A stretch of DNA of 63,716 nt, counting the filler, from Octopus bimaculoides (lineage: Eukaryota): assembly GCF_001194135.2 (NCBI RefSeq). It is 5 parts of 5 records of this genome, joined end to end, with 100 filler letters (N's around TTAATTAATTAA, not from the genome) between each part and the next. Parts side by side here need not be neighbours in the genome. Positions count along the whole stretch, not along the records: positions 11,241 to 42,580 come from NC_068988.1; positions 42,681 to 55,772 come from NC_068993.1; 3 more parts are not named here. The stretch is one strand, 5' to 3'. Positions 39,055 to 52,797 of this stretch are shown here, piece after piece. The notes beneath the pieces were generated by a model. The model was not told where the DNA came from. It did not search any database and saw only the letters and a list, made by a program, of their open reading frames with translations. Made by a program: the position numbers and the translations under genes. Numbering within the stretch: position 1 is the stretch's first letter; every line of letters begins with the position of its first letter.

Positions 39055-39363
39055 TATGTGGGCACAGGATTCATGTGTGTATGTGTGTGTGTGTTAAATA
39101 TATAAGCACCAATGTGCTTGTTTGTGCTTCTTTCTTTATGTTTGTATCTGCTTGCAAAATAAAGAGAAAAAGATTATTTGGAAAATAAAGTACTACGCAC
39201 ATATTATGCATTCTTACACACATGCATACATATATACATACACACATACATATGCATTCTCACATATTTCACAGGCATGCATTCAGCTGTATATATATGG
39301 ATAGATAGATAGATAGATAGATAGAGAGATAGAGAGAGAGATATGTGTGTGCGCACATATATA

Positions 39364-39490
39364 CAGGGTGTCCACAAAGTCTGGGTACATGGGGATTAAC
39401 ACATACTTTAAGAAATTATTATTTCTTATATTTAATTGTTTATGCTATGATTTTATTTACTCCAGGTACCCAGACTTTGTGGACACCCTG
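39364..39490. mobile_element. Tc1/mariner-type MITE, 127 bp
   Basis: Perfect 25-bp TIRs CAGGGTGTCCACAAAGTCTGGGTAC, TA on both sides, AT-rich non-coding interior. Confidence 0.85.
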
Positions 39491-39531
39491 TATATACTCT
39501 GTGTGTGCATGTATATATATATATATATATA

Positions 39532-40435
39532 TAGCTGACATACCTGGTAATTCCCTGGAAAGTGGGGCTTATTCCTTGGTTCCATTCTCATAACTGTTTT
39601 GCTAATGCAGTAGCCCTTAAAACGGTTTTTGTGCATTAACAGAGAATATTGAACTGTCTTAAAGAGGATCTTGTTTTTAGGAATACCCAGTAAGTTATGA
39701 ATACCCAAATTGTGAAGTCAGTTATGTAATAACATGAAATTAGTTGCCCGATAGTAAGAATTCAAATAAAGTAGCCCAGAAAAGGGCTTTAATGCATTGC
39801 CAGAGTATATAGAACTTAGGAGGAAATACTAATAAGGTATGTATACTAAAATCGTGAAGCATGTTACATAATAACAGGCTAATCAGATATGAGATAATAA
39901 CAATTCAAAGTAAATAACTCTGAAAAGAGCTTTTGTGCGTTCCCAGAGAATATTACCCTCAGGAATGCTAGTGTTGGTATATTTGTGAATAAGTCACTAA
40001 CTGAAATAAATAGATCTATTGTTTAGGAAAATACTATTTACTTGTTTTAGGGTTGTACTGAATAAATTGCGAAAATAACTCGAACAGTTTGAATACTAGG
40101 AAATAAGCATACTCAGTTTGATTTATACCAAATAATTTAGGAAAATGAATGGGTTATTTCCCTTGGCTATATATAAGGTTCCCTTCCAGGGGTGGTTGGG
40201 TTATTTCCCTTGGATGCTAAAATAAAATATATTTGTTATATATAAGAATCCCTTCCAGGGGGCCCGATTATCGATGTTTTTCAACAATCTGAGTATGCCA
40301 TGAGATTTCCAGACATGAGTTCTGCTCACGTGTCAAGTTCCATCAAAATTGATAAAACGATGTAGGAGGAGTTAGCTAACAACTCTACAAACACACCCAG
40401 ACAGAATTTCCCACATATGTACTAGACTATATCTG
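39532..40435 (+). mobile_element. Helitron-like non-autonomous element relic
   Basis: 5' TAGCTGACATACCTGG...CCCTGG; subterminal gtgtcaagttccatcaaaattg...gatgtaggaggagtt; 3' acaaacacacccagacagaatttcccacatatgtactag. This resembles Lep1/HINE-type architecture. Confidence 0.42.
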
Positions 40436-40473
40436 TGTATGTGTGTAGGTGTGTATGTACGTATGTATGTATA

Positions 40474-41610
40474 TTGGGTCGTCCCATAAATAATGTGCTT
40501 TTTTTATACTTCTTTTATTTTTCAATTCATTTGTCCATGACAAAAAATACTCCTCCAGTACTGTTGTGATCTTGTCTACAGAATTCATATTTTTTCCATC
40601 GAAATGATTTCAAAGACTGCAGAATAAATGATAATCAGATGGGGCAATGTCCAGTAAATATGGTGGGTAGTGCATCATTTCCCATTCAAACTGTTCCAGC
40701 CTTTGGAATGTCATCCTCACTGTATGTGGCTGAGCATTATCTAGATGGAATAAGACCTTTCGTATTGAAACCAATGACGGTCGTTTTTCTTCTAAGTCTG
40801 ACTTGCTGCTCAAGCTGCTCAAGCTGCTCACAGTAAATCTCCTTTGTTATCATTTGGTTTGGGTTTAAAAGTTCAAAGTGGATTGAGCATTTCATATCCC
40901 ATCAAACAGATAACAACACCTTACGTGGGTGAAGACCTTCTTTAGCCTGGAGTGCTGGTGCTTCTTCTTTCCCTCCCCACTGTTTTCAGTGCTTGGCATT
41001 TTTATAGAGAACCCATTTCTCGTCACCAGTCACTATTTGAGCCAAAGAAGGTTCAGCAAAGAAGAACACACATTTACTCTGTGTGCGATTAGGCTCAGAA
41101 AGTTTGTGAAGAACCATTGACCCAATTTGCTGACTTTTCCGATGGCACACAGGTGTCAATGAACGGTTGAATGACCAAATTCAAGTGTCTTTTCTATTTC
41201 CTCAACAGTTACAATGGGATTTTCTTCCTCCAGGAATAGCAAGACATCCTCGTCAAGCTCTACAGATCTTTCTGGATGAGGCTGTAGTTTCCGTTGACAC
41301 TGGCTTGCACTTATTGTCCGATCCCCATATACAGGATTAATATTCCTCACACTCTCCGTTGTGTTATTGCCTTTATTGAACCCATAAAGCAAAATATGCC
41401 GAATATGCTCCTTTGTCACTTCCATTATAGCTTTGAAAATATAACTGTTAAAATTGAACTACACTCTTCAAAACGTTTACTAAGAATAAGTTTTTATTAC
41501 AATTACTACTTGCTTTTATAACAAGTTGATGCAGGTAGTTTAATCCATCCCCCTCCGACTTTTAGTTCATGCAATTGAAAAAAAACCGCATTGTTTATGG
41601 GATGACCCAA
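40474..41610 (-). mobile_element. Decayed, internally deleted mariner, 1137 bp
   Basis: 32-bp TIRs with 4 mismatches (TTGGGTCRTCCCATAAAYAATG...), TA flanks. Broken transposase fragments MEVTKEHIRHILLYGFNKG, IVTGDEKWVLY, VLFHLDNAQPHT, PPYLLDIAPSDYHLF. Confidence 0.9.
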
Positions 41611-41851
41611 TATGTATACATAAGTATATATGTTTATGTGTGTATGTATGTATATATATACATATGTTTGCATGTATGCATGTATATGTATATATTATAT
41701 GTGTGTGTGTATATGCAAACACACACACACACACACACACACAGAAATACCAGCATACAGTTATACACATTTGCACATGCACACACACACACATATGTTC
41801 AACAAGCATGCAGATACTGATCATTATAGATAGACCAACACATTCACAAAG

Positions 41852-41889
<38 letters not shown>

Positions 41890-42680
41890 GTGCTCAACAG
41901 ACACACAGGTATGTATATTCATACCGAAATATCAATGTGCTCCCAAACACACATTGTATGTCAATGTGTATTTGGAATAATGTTGACGTACACACATACA
42001 CTCTTACAAACATATACATACGTTTACAAACATACACATATGTATACAAGCTTTACAGATATACATTTATGCAGATACACCAACACACTCACAAAAGCAC
42101 TTACACACGTGCATGCACGCTCACATGCCTCTCTGTCAGGCTTGAGATAGCCCAGCCCTAGTGAGGAAAGGCCACTGTGTTACTCCAAATACCATCGTGG
42201 CACATCTCTTGGGCAATTGTCAACAAAGGAAACCGGCCATTGTGCATATACATGAATAAGTTACCACATTAATACAGCGACACATTGCAACCATCATCCC
42301 ACATAATCATTATCACCATCACCACCACCACCAGCAAGATCAATGCTGCTGCCACAGCCACCAAGGTCACTGCAACCACCGCCACCATGATTGCCACAAT
42401 CACCACCACCACCACCATGTTCACTGCCACTATGATTGCCACCACCACAATCACTGCTGCCATCATAGCCACCACCGCCGCCGCCACAATCGCAACCACC
42501 ACAATCACCACCACCACCACCATGTTCACTGCCACTATGATTGCCACCACCACAATCACTGCTGCCATCATAGCCACCACNNNNNNNNNNNNNNNNNNNN
42601 NNNNNNNNNNNNNNNNNNNNNNNNTTAATTAATTAANNNNNNNNNNNNNNNNNNNNNNNNNNNNNNNNNNNNNNNNNNNN

Positions 42681-42712
<32 letters not shown>

Positions 42713-43447
42713 CACATAAACACACTTATGTAATACAGATTTGCGCGCGCACATGTACGCACTTATATATCCCCAAAATTTCGAAACACACACTTGTATA
42801 TCATTTCAAACTTGGATACGTCTGAAGAAAAAGAGGAGAAAAAAAAGGAAAAACAAAAAAAAACTGAAAGAAATTTAGGAATAAAGACTTTCTCAGAGTA
42901 TAAAATATACTTATTATATATACAATATACATATCAAACACGTACATGCCCAAACAAAAACAAACAGATTCATCTATCTATTCACACATGCAATCTTCCA
43001 TACACACATATATATATATATACACACATATATATATATATATATACACACACACATATATATACATTCAAATTTACACACACACGCATATGTAAAATAT
43101 ATATGTATGTATGTTTGTATGTATGTATGTATGTATATGTGCGCGTATATACATGGGAATGTCTTGTCAACATGTTTCTATATGTATTTTTTTCCCCTGT
43201 AAGTTTATTTTCTTGTTATTTTATAAATTTACGTTTATTGTGAGGGAACGAAAGGATGGTTGGCGGTGGATGGGGAGTAGTGTCGCATTTCGTTTTCTTG
43301 TTTTCCCCCCACCTTTTTTTTTTCTTTCAAAAATTTTATTTTATTTATATTTTATTTCTTCACAGAAATCTTATAAAATACTTCATTCCATGTCTGAATC
43401 AAAACGAGTTAGAAAAACTAGAATATATCAAGTACATACATACATAC

Positions 43448-43478
<31 letters not shown>

Positions 43479-43768
43479 CATACATACATACATACATACA
43501 TACAAACATACACACATACATATATATATATATAATTATATATATGCATACATATATAGATACATACTTAAATATATATATATACATATACACATAAATA
43601 TATATATGTATATGTACGACGCATATATATATGTATGCTTATGAATGTATATACATATATAGAATTATATATCTGTATATATGCATATACATATGTATAT
43701 ATACATACGCACATATATGTATGTAAAGATATGTATATATATATAGTATAAAGTTATATATATGTATA

Positions 43769-43824
<56 letters not shown>

Positions 43825-45184
43825 NNNNNNNNNNNNNNNNNNNNNNNNNNNNNNNNNNNNNNNNNNNNNNNNNNNNNNNNNNNNNNNNNNNNNNNNNNNN
43901 NNNNNNNNNNNNNNNNNNNNNNNNNNNNNNNNNNNNNNNNNNNNNNNNNNNNNNNNNNNNNNNNNNNNNNNNNNNNNNNNNNNNNNNNNNNNNNNNNNNN
44001 NNNNNNNNNNNNNNNNNNNNNNNNNNNNNNNNNNNNNNNNNNNNNNNNNNNNNNNNNNNNNNNNNNNNNNNNNNNNNNNNNNNNNNNNNNNNNNNNNNNN
44101 NNNNNNNNNNNNNNNNNNNNNNNNNNNNNNNNNNNNNNNNNNNNNNNNNNNNNNNNNNNNNNNNNNNNNNNNNNNNNNNNNNNNNNNNNNNNNNNNNNNN
44201 NNNNNNNNNNNNNNNNNNNNNNNNNNNNNNNNNNNNNNNNNNNNNNNNNNNNNNNNNNNNNNNNNNNNNNNNNNNNNNNNNNNNNNNNNNNNNNNNNNNN
44301 NNNNNNNNNNNNNNNNNNNNNNNNNNNNNNNNNNNNNNNNNNNNNNNNNNNNNNNNNNNNNNNNNNNNNNNNNNNNNNNNNNNNNNNNNNNNNNNNNNNN
44401 NNNNNNNNNNNNNNNNNNNNNNNNNNNNNNNNNNNNNNNNNNNNNNNNNNNNNNNNNNNNNNNNNNNNNNNNNNNNNNNNNNNNNNNNNNNNNNNNNNNN
44501 NNNNNNNNNNNNNNNNNNNNNNNNNNNNNNNNNNNNNNNNNNNNNNNNNNNNNNNNNNNNNNNNNNNNNNNNNNNNNNNNNNNNNNNNNNNNNNNNNNNN
44601 NNNNNNNNNNNNNNNNNNNNNNNNNNNNNNTATTGCTGGATTTCTTTATTCATAATTCCTCTTCGAAAAAAATGTGTTCTACACCGAACTAAAAGTGTCT
44701 GAACAACAGGAATTTGTTTCGTATTTATTTCCAAATTTTGGTGGTTTTACAAATTCAACCATCCTCTAAGACAAGTTTCATGTTAACCTATCACCTTCCT
44801 ACATCCCTAAAGGGTTTCGATGACATGAAAACATGAAAAAAATATCTGCAATATTTTCTCTCTTGGGCCAAGGTTCTCTGCCGAAGAATTGATGGCATGA
44901 GCCATCGTATTTAGTGCCTTCTGATAATTTACTTACACCATTCAGTAACGTTTTTGTACTTGTATTTTTGACTTCCAGCAGAACATGTCTTGGAATGTGG
45001 TCTATGAAATACATAACGCTTAAATGTGTGGTCGCTAACCCTGCTAGAAATACTAACCAATCTCCTTAAATATATAGCATACTATGTCACGAGTAGAGCA
45101 TACGTATTTCATAATACAAACCGATACGCATAATATATATATACCTATACATATATATAATATATATATACCTATATATACGTG

Positions 45185-45223
<39 letters not shown>

Positions 45224-46036
45224 TATATATTAAATATATATTTTTTTAACCAAAAAATTTGGTAAAAAATATAGTATCTGTTAACAGTCTTAGCAGAAAA
45301 CTCACAGTTGAGTCTTTGAATATATATCAACTTTAAATAGAGCTCAAAATTAATCCGTTGAAAATNNNNNNNNNNNNNNNNNNNNNNNNNNNNNNNNNNN
45401 NNNNNNNNNNNNNNNNNNNNNNNNNNNNNNNNNNNNNNNNNNNNNNNNNNNNNNNNNNNNNNNNNNNNNNNNNNNNNNNNNNNNNNNNNNNNNNNNNNNN
45501 NNNNNNNNNNNNNNNNNNNNNNNNNNNNNNNNNNNNNNNNNNNNNNNNNNNNNNNNNNNNNNNNNNNNNNNNNNNNNNNNNNNNNNNNNNNNNNNNNNNN
45601 NNNNNNNNNNNNNNNNNNNNNNNNNNNNNNNNNNNNNNNNNNNNNNNNNNNNNNNNNNNNNNNNNNNNNNNNNNNNNNNNNNNNNNNNNNNNNNNNNNNN
45701 NNNNNNNNNNNNNNNNNNNNNNNNNNNNNNNNNNNNNNNNNNNNNNNNNNNNNNNNNNNNNNNNNNNNNNNNNNNNNNNNNNNNNNNNNNNNNNNNNNNN
45801 NNNNNNNNNNNNNNNNNNNNNNNNNNNNNNNNNNNNNNNNNNNNNNNNNNNNNNNNNNNNNNNNNNNNNNNNNNNNNNNNNNNNNNNNNNNNNNNNNNNN
45901 NNNNNNNNNNNNNNNNNNNNNNNNNNNNNNNNNNNNNNNNNNNNNNNNNNNNNNNNNNNNNNNNNNNNNNNNNNNNNNNNNNNNNNNNNNNNNNNNNNNN
46001 NNNNNNNNNNNNNNNNNNNNNNNNNNNNNNNNNNNN

Positions 46037-46073
<37 letters not shown>

Positions 46074-46530
46074 AACTTACTGTTAAGAAAAGTCGGGGTG
46101 CATGGTGTACAGTTATTCTATAAATGAAAAAAATGCATTAAATACAAATAGACGTACTCGTAGGACAGATACAAGGACACTAAGGAAGGGTTAAGGGTCC
46201 TTGTGTCTGTCCTACGTGCAGTATTTAATGCATTTTTCATTTATATACAGAGAGGGATATAGATATAGATCACACTTATGCATATCTGTGTGTGCGTATA
46301 GAGAGAGAGAGAGTGTGAGAGGTAATAAGAGAGGGAGAAATCTGAGACCGAAAATGGAATTCAGGAACTTCATTGAAACCCACAACATATTGATGTTGAT
46401 GACATGAGGTAGCCAAATCCTGTGGACCAGCTTTACACAGCATCCTACAAGGTTTCTACCTAAATATAATTTCACCACACACACACAAATATACACATAT
46501 GTATATAGATATATCTATATAAATATACAT

Positions 46531-46607
<77 letters not shown>

Positions 46608-46974
46608 ATATTATTGAATATCTATGTATGTATATAAATATGTGCGTGTGTGTGTGTGCATGTATTTATATATGTATGTATATATATATGAATATATATA
46701 TTTTTTTATATTCGTGAGGAAGAAATAATTACAGATGAAAATTTCCAAACGATTGGGGAAAAATATGAAGAGAATAAGGAAAAAAATTCTCCGGAATAGA
46801 AGACCAACATAAAACATAAAAAATTACTGAGATGAAACTATATTTTCCAGACGACAAGGAAATTTTTTCTCAAGAAAATAACGTAAACAAGAAAAAATGA
46901 AGATAGCAAAGATTAACTGCGATGCATCGTTCTTCAAGAATGTAACAACCGAATAATAAGTTAAACTTATCAAA

Positions 46975-47102
46975 TGCTGGCAACATCGACTTTGCCGTTC
47001 ATTCCTTCAGGTTCGATAAAATATTAATCCTTTGAGCACTGTAATCGGGTTGTCGCCGCCAACAATTTTTTCAGGCTTTGTGCCTACATTAGAGAGCATT
47101 AT
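46975..47102 (+). mobile_element. Family-A SINE 3' fragment
   Basis: tcgactttgccgttcattccttcaggttcgataaa...caggctttgtgccta...attatt. Confidence 0.55.
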
Positions 47103-47201
47103 TGTTATTTTATTTTGTTAAACCTCCTTACACGCAAAACTCTCACAACACACACTAGCATGCACACACACACACACACGCATAGATAGATAGATAGATA
47201 T

Positions 47202-47259
<58 letters not shown>

Positions 47260-47300
47260 GGACGGCCGGACGGACGGACGGACGGATGGATGGATGGATG

Positions 47301-47353
<53 letters not shown>

Positions 47354-47596
47354 GTAGGTAGGTAGGTAGGTAGGTAGGTAGGTGGGTAGGTAGGTGGGTG
47401 GGTAGGTAGGTAGGTGGGTGTGGTGGTTGGTATATGGTCATTTCCATTCGCCTGAGTAGGCTGGGCAATGAGTCTATCACAAACCACACGAACAATAATG
47501 GCGACCACTATAACGATAACAATAACTACAACAACAACAATAATAACGGCAATAATAACAACAATCAGAGTAACAACAAGAACAATAACAACAATA

Positions 47597-47631
<35 letters not shown>

Positions 47632-48466
47632 TCAACAAAGAAGTAGTGAAGAAATAAATTGCAAGGAGCAAAATAAGGATGTTGGTGTTTACTAACAAAC
47701 GGCAGAGTTTTCTGCCAGAATTGTTCCTGAATTACTGGTCAGTCTTGGCGTTCTGCGACGTTGGTTGGCCGTGGGTGGGATTGGGGAAGGATTGAAAATA
47801 GCTGACCAGCGCAAGAGATGACATCAAAGAGATATGATAGTGGACTGCAAGTTGGGTGTGGAGTTGTAGATAAGATGAAAATATTGCGGTAGCAGTTGGN
47901 NNNNNNNNNGTGGTGGGAATGGCTGGAATCGAGATGTATACGTGTGAGTTGCTGGGGAGTAGGAGAGAAGGAGGTGGGGGTATTTTTCGTTGATTTTCGT
48001 AGATGAAACGAACCGGACTGAACTGGACACATGAATTTTAGGAATGGAGAGAATGGACGAAGAGTGCGAAAAGGAGTGAAGACCAAAAGCAACAACAACA
48101 TCAGCATTCGTATGAACGGCGTCAACGTTGGTAAATAACAAAGAAAAAGAAAGGAAATAAAGGGAGCGTGTGATGTGATAAAAATCGTAGAGGAAAAGGG
48201 AAGGAGAGAAAAGGAGTGCGTGAGTCTATGCGTGTGTGTGAGAGAAAGAGAGATAGAGAGTGACAGAGGGAGGGAGTGAAAGAGAGAGGGTGATGGAGAG
48301 AAGGGGTCATTTGCTATGGTCAGTGGCCGAATGACTCATTAGTGAAGGCAGAGAATTACTTCCACTCGAAACCGAAATCCACCAATTTTGCCTCACTTAT
48401 CTATATTGGGCCCCACACGCGCACATATCTCTTCTTCTCTGCTTCCATTATGCGCGTGTATGTATG

Positions 48467-48533
<67 letters not shown>

Positions 48534-49554
48534 NNNNNNNNNNNNNNNNNNNNNNNNNNNNNNNNNNNNNNNNNNNNNNNNNNNNNNNNNNNNNNNNNNN
48601 NNNNNNNNNNNNNNNNNNNNNNNNNNNNNNNNNNNNNNNNNNNNNNNNNNNNNNNNNNNNNNNNNNNNNNNNNNNNNNNNNNNNNNNNNNNNNNNNNNNN
48701 NNNNNNNNNNNNNNNNNNNNNNNNNNNNNNNNNNNNNNNNNNNNNNNNNNNNNNNNNNNNNNNNNNNNNNNNNNNNNNNNNNNNNNNNNNNNNNNNNNNN
48801 NNNNNNNNNNNNNNNNNNNNNNNNNNNNNNNNNNNNNNNNNNNNNNNNNNNNNNNNNNNNNNNNNNNNNNNNNNNNNNNNNNNNNNNNNNNNNNNNNNNN
48901 NNNNNNNNNNNNNNNNNNNNNNNNNNNNNNNNNNNNNNNNNNNNNNNNNNNNNNNNNNNNNNNNNNNNNNNNNNNNNNNNNNNNNNNNNNNNNNNNNNNN
49001 NNNNNNNNNNNNNNNNNNNNNNNNNNNNNNNNNNNNNNNNNNNNNNNNNNNNNNNNNNNNNNNNNNNNNNNNNNNNNNNNNNNNNNNNNNNNNNNNNNNN
49101 NNNNNNNNNNNNNNNNNNNNNNNNNNNNNNNNNNNNNNNNNNNNNNNNNNNNNNNNNNNNNNNNNNNNNNNNNNNNNNNNNNNNNNNNNNNNNNNNNNNN
49201 NNNNNNNNNNNNNNNNNNNNNNNNNNNNNNNNNNNNNNNNNNNNNNNNNNNNNATTACTATTCCAAAATCGTCTTGCACAGTGTAAACATTTAGTCTTGC
49301 ATGCTGAATCCCAACCGACCGCAACTCCTCCACCGCCACCACCACCACCTACTACTACTACTACTACTACTACTACTATTTCTTCACACACACACACACG
49401 AATACATGTAAGCATTATGGCCATTGCAACGTCCTTCGACTAGATATTTAAAACACCGCCACCATTGCTACTTCCGCCCCATCTCACCCACGCCAAAGTA
49501 ACGCCTCCGCCATCGTAACATTTCTATCGCACCACCTGCTCACACACACACACA

Positions 49555-49600
<46 letters not shown>

Positions 49601-50006
49601 TTGCAACATCATCATCATCACTATTATTATTACACTTCTTGCAGCTGTTATTGTTGTTGTTGTTGTTGTTCTTCTTCTTCTCCTTCTTCTTCTTTTTCTT
49701 CTTCTTCTTCTAATTATTATTATTATTAATGTTATTATTATTATTATTATTATGCATGCTATGTCCACTCAGTCGTAACCCACCTCCAAATTTGACCCTA
49801 CCTGTTATTTGGCTATCATGGATGGACTCGCCCACAATTCAAATACTACTTCCGTTTCCGGTGGTCTCATTATAAGCACGACGGCACATTCCCATTTATA
49901 TGTTGATTGTGCATGCGTATGCATATGAACATATGAACATATGTGCACACGCACACACACTCACAAACACACACACACGCACATAATACATACATATAAT
50001 TATACA

Positions 50007-50060
<54 letters not shown>

Positions 50061-50893
50061 CATGTGTATACATATATATATATATGAATATGTATGTGTA
50101 TGCATGCATATAAGTGCATGAATATATATGCATGTATGCTGCTCGCATGTGTGTGTGTATGTGTTTATGGATATACGCGTATGAAACTATATGCATATGT
50201 GTGTGCTCGTGTATGTTTGTATGCTTGTGTATTACGCGTGCTTTTTCTCTTTGTGGGCGTCTGTACGGTCTGCATAGAAAAGGGCGGGTGCTTTCCTGCT
50301 TATATGACAGTGTCTGCGCGTGTGGGGGATTATACCTCTGCACATATGTATTTCTGTGTGCGTGAACGTATGAATGTCTTGTGTGAATAAGACTTGCATG
50401 TAATTTGTATTTAGTTTTATATATATATATATNNNNNNNNNNNNNNNNNNNNNNNNNNNNNNNNNNNNNNNNNNNNNNNNNNNNNNNNNNNNNNNNNNNN
50501 NNNNNNNNNNNNNNNNNNNNNNNNNNNNNNNNNNNNNNNNNNNNNNNNNNNNNNNNNNNNNNNNNNNNNNNNNNNNNNNNNNNNNNNNNNNNNNNNNNNN
50601 NNNNNNNNNNTACATGCTTAGTATGTATATGTATGAATATATATATATGTCTCTAAGATCATATTAGTATGTGTCAAAATGTACATGCTTAGTATGTATA
50701 TGTATGAATATATATATATGTATACATACACACACACGCGTATGCAAGTATACATATATGCATATCTATATACACATATACATATGTATATGTGTGTATG
50801 TATGTATATATATATATGTATATATACGTGAGTGTGTATGTCTGTATGTATACACATCCACATTATCAACGTCCATATATATCTGTATATATG

Positions 50894-50962
<69 letters not shown>

Positions 50963-52244
50963 GAGAATTTACGAAAAAAACAACAGACGAAGACAGGTGG
51001 TGTAGTATTTATGTATGTATGTATGTATTATATACATGTATACGTGCACACAGACGTGCACACGCGCACACACTCACAAACATGGAGCTAAGCATGCACT
51101 CACATATATATTTGTTATTATGACCGAACGATTGTCTTCCCTTAACTGAATCGCTTCCATGCATTTCTCTAACTTTCAGGAGTGGTAAAGTTAAAGCGTT
51201 AAAATCGAATTAAAAACGTCCGCTAACAATTGTCAATGACGAAATGGGATCTTTGAAAGCGTCTCCCAGCAAGATCGCATTTAAATATCGGAACCTGTAA
51301 AAAAAAAATATTATAGACAGAACATTTACATCGGGATAGAGCCTTCAGGTCATTAAGTCACAAAACTGTTAAATCAAATTTAACTTTATATTTACAGCTC
51401 CCAACCACGACACATCTATAATTTCATCTATAATTTCATTTGGGCTTTAACCTTGGAGACTGTCTTATTAAGCTCCTCCACGGGTACAGGCCAGTAGGCA
51501 GACATTAACTCGGAGGCTGTTTCTTTTATCAGGAACATGAATGAAAATCCATAAGTATCCGCAGGGATTTTGCAATTACAGCCGAGGAGAATGGACAGAG
51601 CAAATACCTTCATTACATCAATTTCAATTGTTCGTTGAAATTCGGCTTCATGAATATTGCTAGATTATGCAATAATACATACAACGATTCATTCATGAGG
51701 TTTCAAACCCTACTCATCAGAGTTATGTATGAAACTCATTTGCTGTAGATACGTAAATTAGTATTATTTATAGCCTTATTGAGTTAGGCATATTTACATA
51801 AATACATTTGCATATTACACGCGAATCAAAATAGAACAAGCCACTGGCTTGAATTAACTGATTACTGTAAAGCATGACTGTATGAGTAGAAAAAATAAAG
51901 TTTGAGGAAGAATAAAATAAGGCCCCAAATGTTCTTGTTTTTAGGCTATATCATAAATTACGGTCCTGTTAATAGTTTCATACTCAGGAAATCTTTTATA
52001 TCAATTTTCATCAATAACGTTCTTATAGTTGTCCAGGTAGACTTTATTTTGGCAACCGTTTAGATTAGAAATTACTGAGTAAGTTCTATGACACAGAAGT
52101 CGAGTTGTCTCCCACATTATACCATTCAACCTGGTCAGTGGTATTACAGAGATCAGTAGCCAGTTACCACAGAATTCAGCGGTCACGAGCATACATGCAT
52201 ACACGCTCAAATAGATATAAAAAAAAAACAAAGGAAACATATAT

Positions 52245-52797
52245 AGGTGTAGGTGTGGCTGTGTGGTAAGAAGCAGAAACGTTAACACGCTGGGCGAAAT
52301 GCTTAGCGGTATTTCGTCTGCCACTACGTTATGAGTTCAAATTCTGCCGAGGTCGATTTTGCCTTTCATCCTTTCGGGGTCGATTAAATAAGTACCAGTT
52401 ACGCACTGGGGTCGATCTAATCGACTTAATCCCTTTGTTTCTCCTTGTTTGTCCCCTCTATGTGTAGCCCCTTGTGGGCAATAAAGAAATAAGAAATAAG
52501 AAGCTTGCTTCCCAGCCACATGGTTTGGGGTTCAGTTCCACTGCGAGACACTTTGGACAAGTGTCTTNNNNNNNNNNATCTAATCGACTTAATCCCTTTG
52601 TCTCTCCTTGTTTGTCCCCTCTATGTGTAGCCCCTTGTGGGCAATAAAGAAATAAGAAATAAGAAGCTTGCTTCCCAGCCACATGGTTTGGGGTTCAGTT
52701 CCACTGCGAGGCACTTTGGACAAGTGTCTTCAACTACAGCCGACCAAAGCCTTGTGAGTGGATTTGGTAGATGGAGACTGAAAAAAAAGCCCGCCGT
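52245..52797 (+). mobile_element. tRNA-derived SINE family D (host of the nested insertion; partly duplicated across a 10-N gap)
   Basis: gtggctgtgtggtaagaagc|ttgcttcccagccacatgg...gggttcagttcc (B box)...ggacaagtgtctt (CORE-like)...gtgagtggatttggtagatgg. Confidence 0.75.
52275..52496 (+). mobile_element. Young family-A SINE nested in a family-D SINE
   Basis: Near-consensus family-A body flanked by the 8-bp direct repeat TAAGAAGC (52267-52274, 52497-52504). Confidence 0.8.

Noticed and set aside
42300-42580. Thr/Met-rich mucin-like ORFs with a 105-bp repeat
   Set aside because: Cryptic (CAC)n repeat next to a gap, with no splice signals identified.
51160-51190. Acceptor-like ctctaactttcAG followed by GAGTG|gtaaag as a micro-exon
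   Set aside because: A 5-nt exon with no CELF peptide match and no other support.
51690-51727. Minus-strand CTGATGA-GTAGGGTTT-GAAAC
   Set aside because: No stem II, stem III or stem I pairing.
52397-52728. About 170-bp tandem duplication across a 10-N gap (similar case at about 50611-50720)
   Set aside because: Near-identical sequence on both sides of a gap is typical of unmerged contig or haplotype overlap.
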